Source of the DNA: an uncultured Gilliamella sp.
Lineage (GTDB): Bacteria; Pseudomonadota; Gammaproteobacteria; Enterobacterales; Orbaceae
DNA length: 40,000 nucleotides
NCBI RefSeq assembly: GCF_945271295.1
Contig: NZ_CALYPG010000002.1
Direction: 5' to 3' (one strand)
Shown: positions 1-9,115 of the stretch, in pieces
How the letters are laid out: each line of letters starts with the position of its first letter
Position numbering within the stretch: position 1 is the first letter of the stretch
Notes under the pieces: model-generated
Databases searched by the model: none
Seen by the model: only the letters and a program-made list of their open reading frames with translations
Told to the model about the DNA's origin: nothing
Position numbers and translations under genes: made by a program

Positions 1-1325
1 TTTGTTAACAACAGCATAGATTCAATATGCTTAGTTTGTGGAAACATATCTAAAATAGCAACTTTTGCGATGTGATAGCCCGCTTTAACAAGTAGTTTAC
101 TGTCTCTTGCTAACGTAGCTGGATTACACGATATATAAACAATTTTTGATGGTTCCATTTTTACAATTTCTGCTGTTACATTTAAAGCTCCAGCTCTTGC
201 TGGATCTAGCAATACTTTATTAAATGTTGGTTGATTCCATTGTGAAAATTGCTCGCGATCTTCTAAGTTACTAGTCAAAAAATTAGTTTTAGCACAAAGG
301 TTATTACTATTTAATATGGTGTTAAATTTTGCTTTTTCAACTAGTGCTTTAACTCCTTCTATACCAGTAACTGATTTACATAACCTTGCCATAGGTAATG
401 AAAAATTACCCATTCCACAAAACAAATCTAACACTTTATCCGTTGACTTTAAGTTCAACCATTCTAATGCTTGTGCGATCATCTTTTGATTAACGTTGCT
501 ATTTACTTGTATAAAATCAAGGGGGCTAAAAGTCAATTTTAATTGGTTAATTAGATAATAATGTTCAGTATTACCAATAATATGCACTAAATCTGTACCA
601 TGTAAATAAAGGGATAAGTTGTTATTTTCAGCAAACTGTTTTAATAAGTTAGTATCAGTTTCAGAGAGAGGCATTGTGTGTCTTAAAACTAAAACAATCC
701 CACTATCAACACACATTAATTCGATGTGTCCGAGTGCTTGTTTCTGTTTAATTTTACGTAAGCAATGTTGTAGTGGTGACAGTAATATATCCAATTGTTT
801 GACTAAAACAGGACAATGGGTAATGTTAATTATTTGATTTGATTCAGCTTGACGAAAACCAATATATAATTCGCCTTTAATAATATTAATTGCAAGCCGG
901 GCACGCCTTCTGTAATGATAGGGTTGATCTGCTATGATCTGTGGTGAGTGCTCAGCGATATGCAGCAAAGATGTACCACTTTCTTTTTGTAACAGTTTAA
1001 TAAGTGAATTATATTTGGCTTGTTGCTGCAAATGTGATGAAATATGTTGCAATTCACAGCCACCACATTTTTGATAATAATCACACTGTGGTGTAACTCG
1101 ATTTGTGCTTAGGTTATGGTATTTTATTACTTTAGCTTTAGCGTAATTTTTTTTGTCTTCAGTTAATTGAATATCAACCGTTTCACCAGGTAAAGCTGAT
1201 TTAACAAAAATTGTTTTACCTTTATGATTAGCAACACCTTGCCCAAAAGCATCTATACTTGAGACAGTCAAAGTCAATTGCTGAGGAATGAACTTTTTTT
1301 TTGTTGGTGTGTAAAAATTAACCAT
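1..1325 (-). CDS. rlmD: 23S rRNA (uracil-C5)-methyltransferase RlmD (RumA), 3' end cut by window edge
   Basis: This CDS is missing from the ORF track because it has no in-window stop. Reading the minus strand from the ATG at 1325..1323 gives MVNFYTPTKKKFIPQQLTLTVSSIDAFGQGVANHKGKTIFV (TRAM-like N-terminus). It continues with the Fe-S cysteine cluster CDYYQKCGGCELQH and the SAM-methyltransferase motifs VLDLFCGMGNF and YISCNPATLARD. It is collinear with E. coli RlmD as I recall it and runs off position 1 a few codons before the expected C-terminus. Confidence 0.85.
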   Translation of the reverse strand, partial: MVNFYTPTKKKFIPQQLTLTVSSIDAFGQGVANHKGKTIFVKSALPGETVDIQLTEDKKNYAKAKVIKYHNLSTNRVTPQCDYYQKCGGCELQHISSHLQQQAKYNSLIKLLQKESGTSLLHIAEHSPQIIADQPYHYRRRARLAINIIKGELYIGFRQAESNQIINITHCPVLVKQLDILLSPLQHCLRKIKQKQALGHIELMCVDSGIVLVLRHTMPLSETDTNLLKQFAENNNLSLYLHGTDLVHIIGNTEHYYLINQLKLTFSPLDFIQVNSNVNQKMIAQALEWLNLKSTDKVLDLFCGMGNFSLPMARLCKSVTGIEGVKALVEKAKFNTILNSNNLCAKTNFLTSNLEDREQFSQWNQPTFNKVLLDPARAGALNVTAEIVKMEPSKIVYISCNPATLARDSKLLVKAGYHIAKVAILDMFPQTKHIESMLLLT

Positions 1326-1340
1326 ATTAGTTTATTAAAT

Positions 1341-1829
1341 TCAAGTTAATCGCTTTAGTAGTTCTGTTTTGACATGTATAGGTACTAAATTTGAAATATC
1401 GCCACCATGATAAGCAACATCTTTAACAATAGTTGATGATATAAAACCCATAGCAATTGATGGCATTAAAAATATCGTATCTAAATCAGATTTTAATGAT
1501 CGATTCATTTCTGCTAGTTGCCTTTCGTATTCAAAATCATGAGTCGTTCTTACGCCACGCACAATAACTGTCGCACTATGCATTTGGGCAAAGTCTGCCA
1601 TTAAATTATCAAAACCAATCACTTCAACATTCAGTAAATGTTCAACTGAAGTTGAGGCCAAATTAACACGTTCATCTAATGTAAATAATGTTTGTTTATT
1701 TGGATTTTCAGCAATAGCTATAATTAAGCGAGGAAAAAGTAGAGACGCTCGCGTAATAAGATCGATATGTCCATTAGTAATAGGATCGAAGGTGCCTGGA
1801 AAAATAGCGGTTAACGTATTGCTTTTCAT
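1341..1829 (-). CDS. coaD: Phosphopantetheine adenylyltransferase
   Basis: The 162-aa ORF has the N-terminal nucleotidyltransferase motif AIFPGTFDPITNGHIDLI, and its size and collinearity are typical of CoaD. Confidence 0.95.
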   Translation of the reverse strand: MKSNTLTAIFPGTFDPITNGHIDLITRASLLFPRLIIAIAENPNKQTLFTLDERVNLASTSVEHLLNVEVIGFDNLMADFAQMHSATVIVRGVRTTHDFEYERQLAEMNRSLKSDLDTIFLMPSIAMGFISSTIVKDVAYHGGDISNLVPIHVKTELLKRLT

Positions 1830-2196
1830 TTATTATATTATCCATCTGCCAAGATATTTTACATCATACAGAATTTTGGTGTAAATTGTTAGTTTAAGCT
1901 GATTAAAATCTTTTCTGGCTTAAATTCAAACAATAACAGCGAATCTTACCAAAAAATAATAGTGACATTAAAAAAGAGAAGTCATTTATAATGATTTATC
2001 GATCACAACCAATTGAGATAGCCGCATTATAGGGATATTACTGTCTAATACATTGGTGAGGATCAGATGCTACGATTGAATTTCAAGATATAACTAATAG
2101 AGGAAATTTAGAATTAGACAAAATGGAATTCTGAAAATAATCTTTTTAATAATATCTAGAATGCATCAAATTATTTTTAATTAATAAAGGTAAAAA

Positions 2197-3066
2197 ATGA
2201 TAAATAAAAAAAAATATTTGCTCCTGTTATTAGTTTTTATTTTTATCGGAAATGTTTATGCTAAAAATATTTCAGAAGAAAAACATGAAGTTAATAGTAC
2301 ATGGTATTTTTTAAAGGTTTCCCAAAAAGATTTATTTGGGAATAGCTCAAAAGATACTTTACGGTCACTTAATACATTATATGACCAAGTTAAAATAACT
2401 GTAGACAATGAGAAATTAGCCGTTAATAACTTTTTACTTGAAGAACCTCAAATCTGTTTCATAGATTATATAAAAATTAATCAGACACCATTGTCTCATT
2501 TTTATTCACAGAAAACAGTTAATTTATATGAGGTATTATTTAAAGAAGAAAATATTCCATTAGCAAGTAATATAAATATATTAACGGCATCAAAACCTGA
2601 ATCGGAATGCGAAGCACCTTATCGCGAAATTATTCAAAATGATGATTATTTAGTTGTTATCGACAAGTATCACGTAATTTTTTTCACAAAACAATCCGAG
2701 CAAGATAATAAAGTAGCGTCAAAAGAATATCAATTTAGCGATGACTTTCCTACCTATTGTCAGGATGTTAATAAAGGACAGATATTTGATGGTAGTAGCA
2801 AATATGAATGTCAGTATCCGAATATGTCAATATTAGAAACGTATGGCAGAATAAAAGAAATTATAAATGATGGTCAGTATATGAATAAATACTTACCTAA
2901 CGAAAATACAAGTTATTCTGTTCAAGATATAAAAGTAACTTATCAATGGATGGCTCGTAATAGATTAAAAATGATTATTGATCAAGGTGCAGAAAAAACA
3001 ACTTATCTTTTTGAAGAAAAAATGAATAATACTAAATTAGTTATAACCGTAGATACAGGGTATTAA
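2197..3066 (+). CDS. Secreted or periplasmic protein of unknown function (paralog A)
   Basis: The 289-aa ORF begins with the signal peptide MINKKKYLLLLLVFIFIGNVYA|KN. An AAAGG-type RBS lies upstream, and no recognisable family motif is present. It is paralogous to 3356..4186, sharing blocks such as LYEVLFKEENIPL..NILTA and four aligned Cys. Confidence 0.7.
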   Translation: MINKKKYLLLLLVFIFIGNVYAKNISEEKHEVNSTWYFLKVSQKDLFGNSSKDTLRSLNTLYDQVKITVDNEKLAVNNFLLEEPQICFIDYIKINQTPLSHFYSQKTVNLYEVLFKEENIPLASNINILTASKPESECEAPYREIIQNDDYLVVIDKYHVIFFTKQSEQDNKVASKEYQFSDDFPTYCQDVNKGQIFDGSSKYECQYPNMSILETYGRIKEIINDGQYMNKYLPNENTSYSVQDIKVTYQWMARNRLKMIIDQGAEKTTYLFEEKMNNTKLVITVDTGY

Positions 3067-3355
3067 ATAAATATCATCTCTTAAATTCTAATGTGAATAA
3101 TGGCAAATGAGCCATTCGTATCACAGAAACGGGGTAGAGTTATATTGTATATAAGCTTGAAAAGTAATGGAGTCGGGAGCAAATTAATTATTTTAGTGGT
3201 GTGAATCATGAACATAATTTAATTAGAAACAGATAATACCCAACAATATAAAGCTAATGGAGGAAATAAATGGTTAATCAATCGAAGAAAATCTAAAAAT
3301 AATTTATTAACAATAAATTTAATATGGATCTTACTAACATAATAAAGGATTTAAT

Positions 3356-4186
3356 ATGAAAAATAGAAAATTACTTGGTTTTCTTTTGATAATTGGTGTA
3401 GTGGCTTTTTCTTTCAATAGCTTTGGTAAACAAATAAATCTTCCTGAAACTACCTATTTTTATAGTAAAATCTCGAAAAATGATGTACTACATGATAATA
3501 GTTATCCTAGAGAAGATTTATATTATTTATATAAAGATATTCAGATTAAAATAATCGGTGATACTCTCGAAATACCTAATGTTTGTTCTACAAAAGTTCA
3601 TAAAATAGAGCAGAAACCTATTGTTTATTGGAGTTCTTTCGAAACAGAAAAACTTTATAATACCCTGTTTAATGAAGAGAACTTACCTGTAAAAGAACAA
3701 CTAAATATTATCACCGCTTTATATACCGATAAAATTTGTCCACAACCTTTTGATGAGCTAATTATGCAAGATCACCTGTTAATAGCAATAAAAGAAGGTT
3801 ATTTAATTCTATTTTCAGATCAAATCTCTCCTTCTGCTATAGAACCGAATAAAGACGACTCTATATGTAAGAATTTAAACTTCGGTGATGCTAGTTATAA
3901 ATCTGGAAATACTTGTTTTTTCCCTAATAAACAATTGTCTGCTACTTATGAGTTATATTGGAAAAAAGCTCAAGAAGATGAAGATAAAAAGCATCTAAGG
4001 CAAATTCTTGAACCAATGAAAAACTACAAAGATATTATTGAAAAAGGTTATTTGGAAATAAACTATCATTGGATTAATATTAAAGAACTTAATGTTGAAT
4101 TATTATTTTCAGGTGGAGTAACAGAACTTATTTTTAAACAAAAAGATGACGGTACAGAGTTAACAACAATTTATAATGCGGATTAA
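3356..4186 (+). CDS. Secreted or periplasmic protein of unknown function (paralog B)
   Basis: The 276-aa ORF begins with the signal peptide MKNRKLLGFLLIIGVVAFSFNSFG|KQ. It is collinear with paralog A (LYNTLFNEENLPV..NIITA, four aligned Cys). The upstream ataataaagg RBS context resembles that of paralog A. Confidence 0.7.
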   Translation: MKNRKLLGFLLIIGVVAFSFNSFGKQINLPETTYFYSKISKNDVLHDNSYPREDLYYLYKDIQIKIIGDTLEIPNVCSTKVHKIEQKPIVYWSSFETEKLYNTLFNEENLPVKEQLNIITALYTDKICPQPFDELIMQDHLLIAIKEGYLILFSDQISPSAIEPNKDDSICKNLNFGDASYKSGNTCFFPNKQLSATYELYWKKAQEDEDKKHLRQILEPMKNYKDIIEKGYLEINYHWINIKELNVELLFSGGVTELIFKQKDDGTELTTIYNAD

Positions 4187-4507
4187 TTGATCCTAGCCAA
4201 AAAAGTAGACAGCATTCTCTTCTATGATGTAAATAAAAATCATAGGAGAAAGCGGCATGACCAAAAAATTTAGTTTAGTAATGCAATGATGACGAGACCA
4301 ACTAATACCGGGAGATAGAACTAAACCAGTTTATAGCAGCTTTAATCGTTAAATGGATAGGCTATACTAATTAGTATCAGTTTTATAAGGTCGTTGTTAT
4401 GATAGGTGAGGTGAGATGGGTGAATTCAACATACTGAAACGTATAGTTAACCTGAAACATCTTTACATAATCTAACCCATAACTATAACTAATAACATAT
4501 TGCATAA

Positions 4508-4535
4508 AAACCTAACTATTAAATAGGTTTCTTTT
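4508..4535 (+). terminator. Weak candidate rho-independent terminator in the long non-coding spacer
   Basis: AAACCTA (4508-4514) pairs with TAGGTTT (4524-4530) across a 9-nt loop, followed by CTTTT. The stem is short and AT-rich. Confidence 0.3.
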
Positions 4536-4766
4536 GATAATAACTTCATACTTCAATTGGTAGCTATTATCAATATAGTAAAACTAATTATTTCTGATAA
4601 TGAGCTTCAATACCATATTAAAAAAATGATAATTTCCATCCGATTACCGAATGGAAATAAATAATCAAAGCTGTTTTTTTATCAATATATATCCATAACA
4701 AATAATGATGAGTTTTTATTACTAATTAATGATTTATTGGTAAAAAAGGATAAATAAAATACAAAT

Positions 4767-4795
4767 AAAAAAACCTGCTTTTGACAGGTTTTTTT
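4767..4795 (-). terminator. Bidirectional rho-independent terminator downstream of yedE
   Basis: The sequence AAAAAAACCTG-cttttga-CAGGTTTTTTT forms a stem flanked by an A-tract and a T-tract. It lies 25 nt beyond the yedE stop. Confidence 0.6.
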
Positions 4796-4819
4796 AATTA
4801 AGTGATATTTTTATTTCAC

Positions 4820-5896
4820 CTATGCTATCGCTTTAACATTGGTAAACAACTTGCAGTTAGATGCAGCGATAAGTGTCAATACCACAAAACCTATGCCAAC
4901 AGCAATCTGGCCATTTACCGGAACACCTGCTGGCGATGCGGCGATGCCAAAGTTATGCGCAATTGCGCCAGCCACTAAAAATCCTAATACCGCAATGGCT
5001 GCATCAGAATTCCCTTCACCAGCCATGACTAACTGGCGCAAAGGGCAACCACCAATTAAAATGGAGCCATAACCGACCAAAGCCATACCTAGAAAGTTCC
5101 AGACAGAATCAGTATGAGCAATTGGCTGATTTGCAAATCCTAAATTAAAGTTACCAATAAATAAGTTAGCAATTAATGCAACAACAAAGATCGCAATATA
5201 GCCTGAAAACAATGTGCCGCTTCTTAGTAAGATTAGATTACGAATACCACCAGACATACATAAACGACTTTGTTGTACAAATGCCCCAATTATTAAGCCT
5301 GATGCTAACGAAATCCATATTGGTGCATGTAAAGATCCTGGACCTTTACTACTAAATAATATAAAAGCAGGACGAGCCACTAAAAAAACTAATAACATTA
5401 CTGCAATAACTGGCATAACTAAGCCATTAGCTTTAGGTTGACTTACTGATGCACCTAATGAATATCCTTTAGTCAAAAACAGGCTACCTACGCCGATACC
5501 TACAATAAATCCAGCTAAGCCGATAAGCGCATTCAGATCTCCAGCAGCTAAACGTAACACCATTCGTAATGGGCAACCTAAAAAAACTAATGCGCCAATC
5601 ATAACAAAAAAAGCGATAACAAAACGTAATAATGGCGCACTACCACCACTAGCTTGAAACTCTCTTTTCCCCATGGTTAGTATAAAAGCACCGAGTATAA
5701 ATCCAATAATTTCAGGCCGAATATATTGAACAGCTGCTGCATTATCTAACCCTAATGCGCCTGCTGTATCGCGTAAAAAACACGCTGCACAAATTCCCAT
5801 ATTTGGGGGATTGCCTAACTTCATTAATACAATTGCAATAACACCAATGAGTCCACCCGTACTTATTAAAAGTAACAAACTTTTTTTATTTTCCAT
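4820..5896 (-). CDS. yedE: YeeE/YedE-family inner-membrane transporter (putative selenium or sulfur compound uptake)
   Basis: The protein is polytopic and Gly-rich, with three conserved re-entrant Cys motifs: GICAACFLRD, FLGCPLRM and IGGCPLRQL. I place the start at MENKKSLLLL (ATG at 5896), preceded by AGGA, rather than at the ORF-track ATG at 5950. Confidence 0.8.
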   Translation of the reverse strand: MENKKSLLLLISTGGLIGVIAIVLMKLGNPPNMGICAACFLRDTAGALGLDNAAAVQYIRPEIIGFILGAFILTMGKREFQASGGSAPLLRFVIAFFVMIGALVFLGCPLRMVLRLAAGDLNALIGLAGFIVGIGVGSLFLTKGYSLGASVSQPKANGLVMPVIAVMLLVFLVARPAFILFSSKGPGSLHAPIWISLASGLIIGAFVQQSRLCMSGGIRNLILLRSGTLFSGYIAIFVVALIANLFIGNFNLGFANQPIAHTDSVWNFLGMALVGYGSILIGGCPLRQLVMAGEGNSDAAIAVLGFLVAGAIAHNFGIAASPAGVPVNGQIAVGIGFVVLTLIAASNCKLFTNVKAIA

Positions 5897-6192
5897 ATAA
5901 ATAATCCTATACCTACTAATTGTTAATGATAATTGAATGCAAAATTTCAATATTACTTGTCATGTATAGTTAATTTGTTCGTCATATTAAATAATAAAAA
6001 TCGAAACTTTTAACTTAAAAATAAACTAAGCATAGAAAACAGGCTAATGCCTCCGACCAAACTTTTATATAACAAGTAACAAAACATCACTTCGTTGATC
6101 ACACAAATAAATCAACTAAAGACAATTAATTACATTTTAATTTTTGAGTTGTTATAGTCAGGAAATGGTTAAAATAGAGAAGAGAATGTAAA

Positions 6193-6225
6193 CTAAGTAG
6201 TAATAAATTTATTATTACTACTTAG
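6193..6225 (-). terminator. Perfect 14-bp hairpin downstream of fdhF (probable operon terminator)
   Basis: ctaagtagtaataa (6193-6206) and ttattactacttag (6212-6225) are exact reverse complements around a 5-nt loop. The hairpin lies 77 nt past the fdhF stop and is followed on the minus strand by TTTACATTCTCTTCTC. Confidence 0.5.
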
Positions 6226-6301
6226 TTGAGGATTATCAATACTTTAAAAAGTAGTGATAATTTTAAAATCACACAAATAACAAATTAATCTTACCTCCAA
6301 A

Positions 6302-8515
6302 CTATTTAGTATTAGCAATTGCTAGTGGAGAAAGGTTTGTTTTTAATGTGCCATTCTCTGTTTCCTGACGTAAACGGTATTTAAGTTGACTGTACTCCTC
6401 TTTTACATAACGTTCTGCCGATATTTGATCTTCAATAGCTGTAACCCTTACAGGAACATATTTATACTCTGGTGTTTTGGTTATCTTGCTAAGATTTTCA
6501 CCAACTAACTCATTACAAGCACCTATCCACCATTGGTAGGTCATATAAACTGCCCCTTTATTGGTTCTATCACTCACTGAAGCACGTGTTATTACTTTAC
6601 CGTGATGAGACTCAACCCATACCAATTCTTCATTTTCAATATTCAGCTCTCTTGCATCGGCGGTGTTCATCTGAATATAGCCTGGTTCATCCGCTAATGC
6701 AGCCAGAGCTCGACAGTTACCTGTCATTGATCGGCAAGAATAATGACCAACTTCACGAACTGTTGCCAATACCAAAGGAAATTCACTACTGGTTTGTTCA
6801 ACCGGCGGTACCCAGTCACAGGTAAAAAATTGTCCTTTACCATTTGGTGTATCAAATTTCGCTCCACCCTGACCATCATCATAGAGGTAAGGTGAACCCG
6901 GTGAATCTAAGGTTGGGCAAGGCCATTGAACATAACCTAATCCACCATTAGCATCGAGTTTTTCATAAGTCGCACCATAATATTTAGGACATAATTCACG
7001 CAATTCATCCCAAATTTCTTGAGTATTGTTATAATGCATCGGATAACCTAATTCTGTAGCTAACAAGCTAATAATTTGCCAGTCGACTTTAACATCACCT
7101 TCTGGTTCAACCGCTTTATAAAAGCGTTGGAATCCGCGATCCGCTGCAGAATAGACCCCTTCATGCTCACCCCAAGTTGTTGCTGGGAAAATAACATCCG
7201 CAGCAGCTGCAGTTTTGGTCATAAAGACATCTTGCACAATGAACAACTCAAGTTCACTAAATCCACGCCTTACTGCTGATAAATCAGGTTCAGTTTGTAG
7301 TGGATCTTCACCCATACAATAGAATGCCTTTAATTTACCTTTTTCAGCATTCATGGCAACTTCACTTAAATAAGCTCCCACTTTATTTGGTAATGACTCA
7401 ACTCCCCAAGCCTTAGCAAATTTTGCTCTTATTTCATCATCGGTTACATTTTGATAACCTGGGAACTGATTTGGTAGTGCTCCCATATCACATGCACCTT
7501 GTACATTATTTTGACCACGCACCGGAGCTACGCCAGTATTAGGGCGTCCAATTTGACCGGTTAACAATGCTAAACTGGCCAATGCACGAACTGTTTCAAC
7601 GCCTTGATAGAATTGGCAAACCCCCATTCCCCAGAATATTCCTGAAGCAGGTGAAGTGGCATACATTCTTGCTACCTGACGAATAACATCTGGTTCTATG
7701 CCTGTTATTTCTTGTACCGATTCTGGTGTATAACTTGCTACAATTTGTTTAAGTTCATCAAAACCATCCGTATATTTTTCAATAAAATTATGGTTGATCA
7801 AATCTTCTTCTATAAGTACGTGAGCAACTGCATTTAAGAAAGCAATATTACTACCATTTTTTAATGGTACGAAAAGATCAGCAATACGTGCTGTCTCAAT
7901 CTTTCTTGGATCACATACTATTATTTTCGCCCCTTTCTCTTTAGCACGGACAATACGTCGTGCAATAATTGGATGGGACGTTGCTGGATTCCAGCCAAAA
8001 ATAAAAATACATTTGGTATCCTCAATCTCAACAATTGAGTTACTCATGGCACCGCCACCTACTGAAAGTTGCAGACCTGCAACAGAAGGACCATGTCAGA
8101 CCCTAGCACAGCAGTCAACGTTATTGGTACCAATTACCGCCCGAGCAAATTTTTGCATCACGTAATTAGTTTCATTACCAGTACTACGTGATGAACCAGA
8201 ACACATAATTGAATCTGGTCCATATTTTTCTTTAATTGATTTTAATTTATTAGCAGTGAAACTAATCGCTTCTTGCCATGATACCGGTTCAAGTTTTCCA
8301 CCTTTTTCTCGACGAATCATTGGATTACGTAAACGTGGGGTTAATATTTTAGTATCATGAATAAAATCCCAACCATATAGACCTTTTAAACATAATTCAC
8401 CTTCATTAGTTAACCCTTTAGCACCTTCGGCACCAATCACTCGACCATTTTGAACTTGCAAATTAATTTTGCAACCTGATGCGCAGTATGGGCAAACCTC
8501 TATCACTTTTTTCAT
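6302..8515 (-). CDS. fdhF: Formate dehydrogenase H, selenocysteine-containing (molybdopterin)
   Basis: Track ORFs 8096..8548 and 6302..8047 are one gene. The upstream part ends ...TNNVDCCARV-TGA and the frame continues HGPSVAGLQLSVGGGAMSN..., matching the E. coli FdhF Sec140 context CCARVUHGPSVAGL. The N-terminus MKKVIEVCPYCASGCKINL holds the 4Fe-4S cysteines. The start is the ATG at 8515, preceded by AAGGAG. Confidence 0.95.
8058..8089 (-). promoter_or_regulatory. Bacterial SECIS hairpin immediately 3' of the UGA
   Basis: The minus strand reads CCUUCU-GUUGCA-GGUC-UGCAAC-UUUC-AGUAGG. It has a 6-bp apical stem with a GGUC loop, at the same distance from UGA as in E. coli fdhF, and a lower stem CCUUCU/AGUAGG with one mismatch. 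Confidence 0.8.
8096..8098 (-). other. In-frame UGA selenocysteine codon of fdhF
   Basis: The minus strand reads GTC TGA CAT GGT CCT, the same position and context as E. coli fdhF codon 140. The reading frame stays open on both sides of it. Confidence 0.9.
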
Positions 8516-8614
8516 GTTAGACTCCTTAAAATTATTATGACCTAACAAAACGGTAATGGATCTTCCTGTTAGGATCTAATAAATTATGTCAGAGTGTATA
8601 ATTGTCGATTAACG

Positions 8615-9115
8615 TCAATTGACACGCTCTTGTATTTCTTCCAATTTATTTGTTTTAGTAATCGATAATGCTTTGGTAGGACACGCATGCACACATGCTG
8701 GACCTGAAGCATTATTACTACATAAATCACACTTCATTATTTCGGCTTTATATTTTACTCCAAATTGGTAACCGTTTATGATAACAGGTACTTCACGCAT
8801 CTTTATTTCTATTGCGCCATAAGGACAAGCTAAAACACAAGTTTTGCAGCCGATACATTTATTCTGTATTATTTTAACACAATTATCTTGTTCAATTAAT
8901 GCACCATTTGGGCATGCTGCAACACATGCAGCATCATCACATTGGCGGCACATAACAGGAACAGTTACCTCTCTAGTGATTGTTACTTTTAACCGTGCAT
9001 TAAAGTGCGCCGATTCTAGTGTGGTTAATTCTTCGTTGTGGGAAAGTACACAAGCCACTTCACAAGTTTTACAACCAATACAAGCATTAATATTAGCACT
9101 GATAAATTGATTCAT
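8615..9115 (-). CDS. hydN: HydN-like 4x[4Fe-4S] ferredoxin (electron transfer from formate dehydrogenase H)
   Basis: The N-terminus MNQFISANINACIGCKTCEVAC aligns with E. coli HydN (MNRFIIADASKCIGCRTCEVAC). Further cluster motifs are CRQCDDAACVAACP, CIGCKTCVLACP and CDLC..GPACVHACP. An AAGGAAAG RBS lies 5 nt upstream. Confidence 0.85.
   Translation of the reverse strand: MNQFISANINACIGCKTCEVACVLSHNEELTTLESAHFNARLKVTITREVTVPVMCRQCDDAACVAACPNGALIEQDNCVKIIQNKCIGCKTCVLACPYGAIEIKMREVPVIINGYQFGVKYKAEIMKCDLCSNNASGPACVHACPTKALSITKTNKLEEIQERVN

Noticed and set aside
619-837. This is a 72-aa plus-strand ORF near the start of the window.
   Set aside because: It lies inside, and antisense to, the rlmD coding region, which is missing from the track only because its stop is outside the window. 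The other nested ORFs inside hyp, fhlA, selD, selB and glnD are rejected on the same logic (22075..22281, 22433..22627, 22990..23202, 23028..23234, 23595..23828, 23730..23972, 24899..25162, 25367..25603, 26180..26368, 27700..27885, 27914..28165, 31105..31338, 33196..33399, 33797..33988, 38551..38766, 39227..39427).
6302-8548. fdhF appears in the ORF track as two ORFs (150 aa and 581 aa) split by a stop, which could be read as a pseudogene or as two genes.
   Set aside because: The stop is a TGA at exactly the catalytic Sec position (CCARV-U-HGPSVAGL). The frame is continuous across it and the 48 nt between the two track ORFs encode the expected residues. A SECIS hairpin follows, and selA, selB, selC and selD are all present in the window. 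It is one selenoprotein gene.
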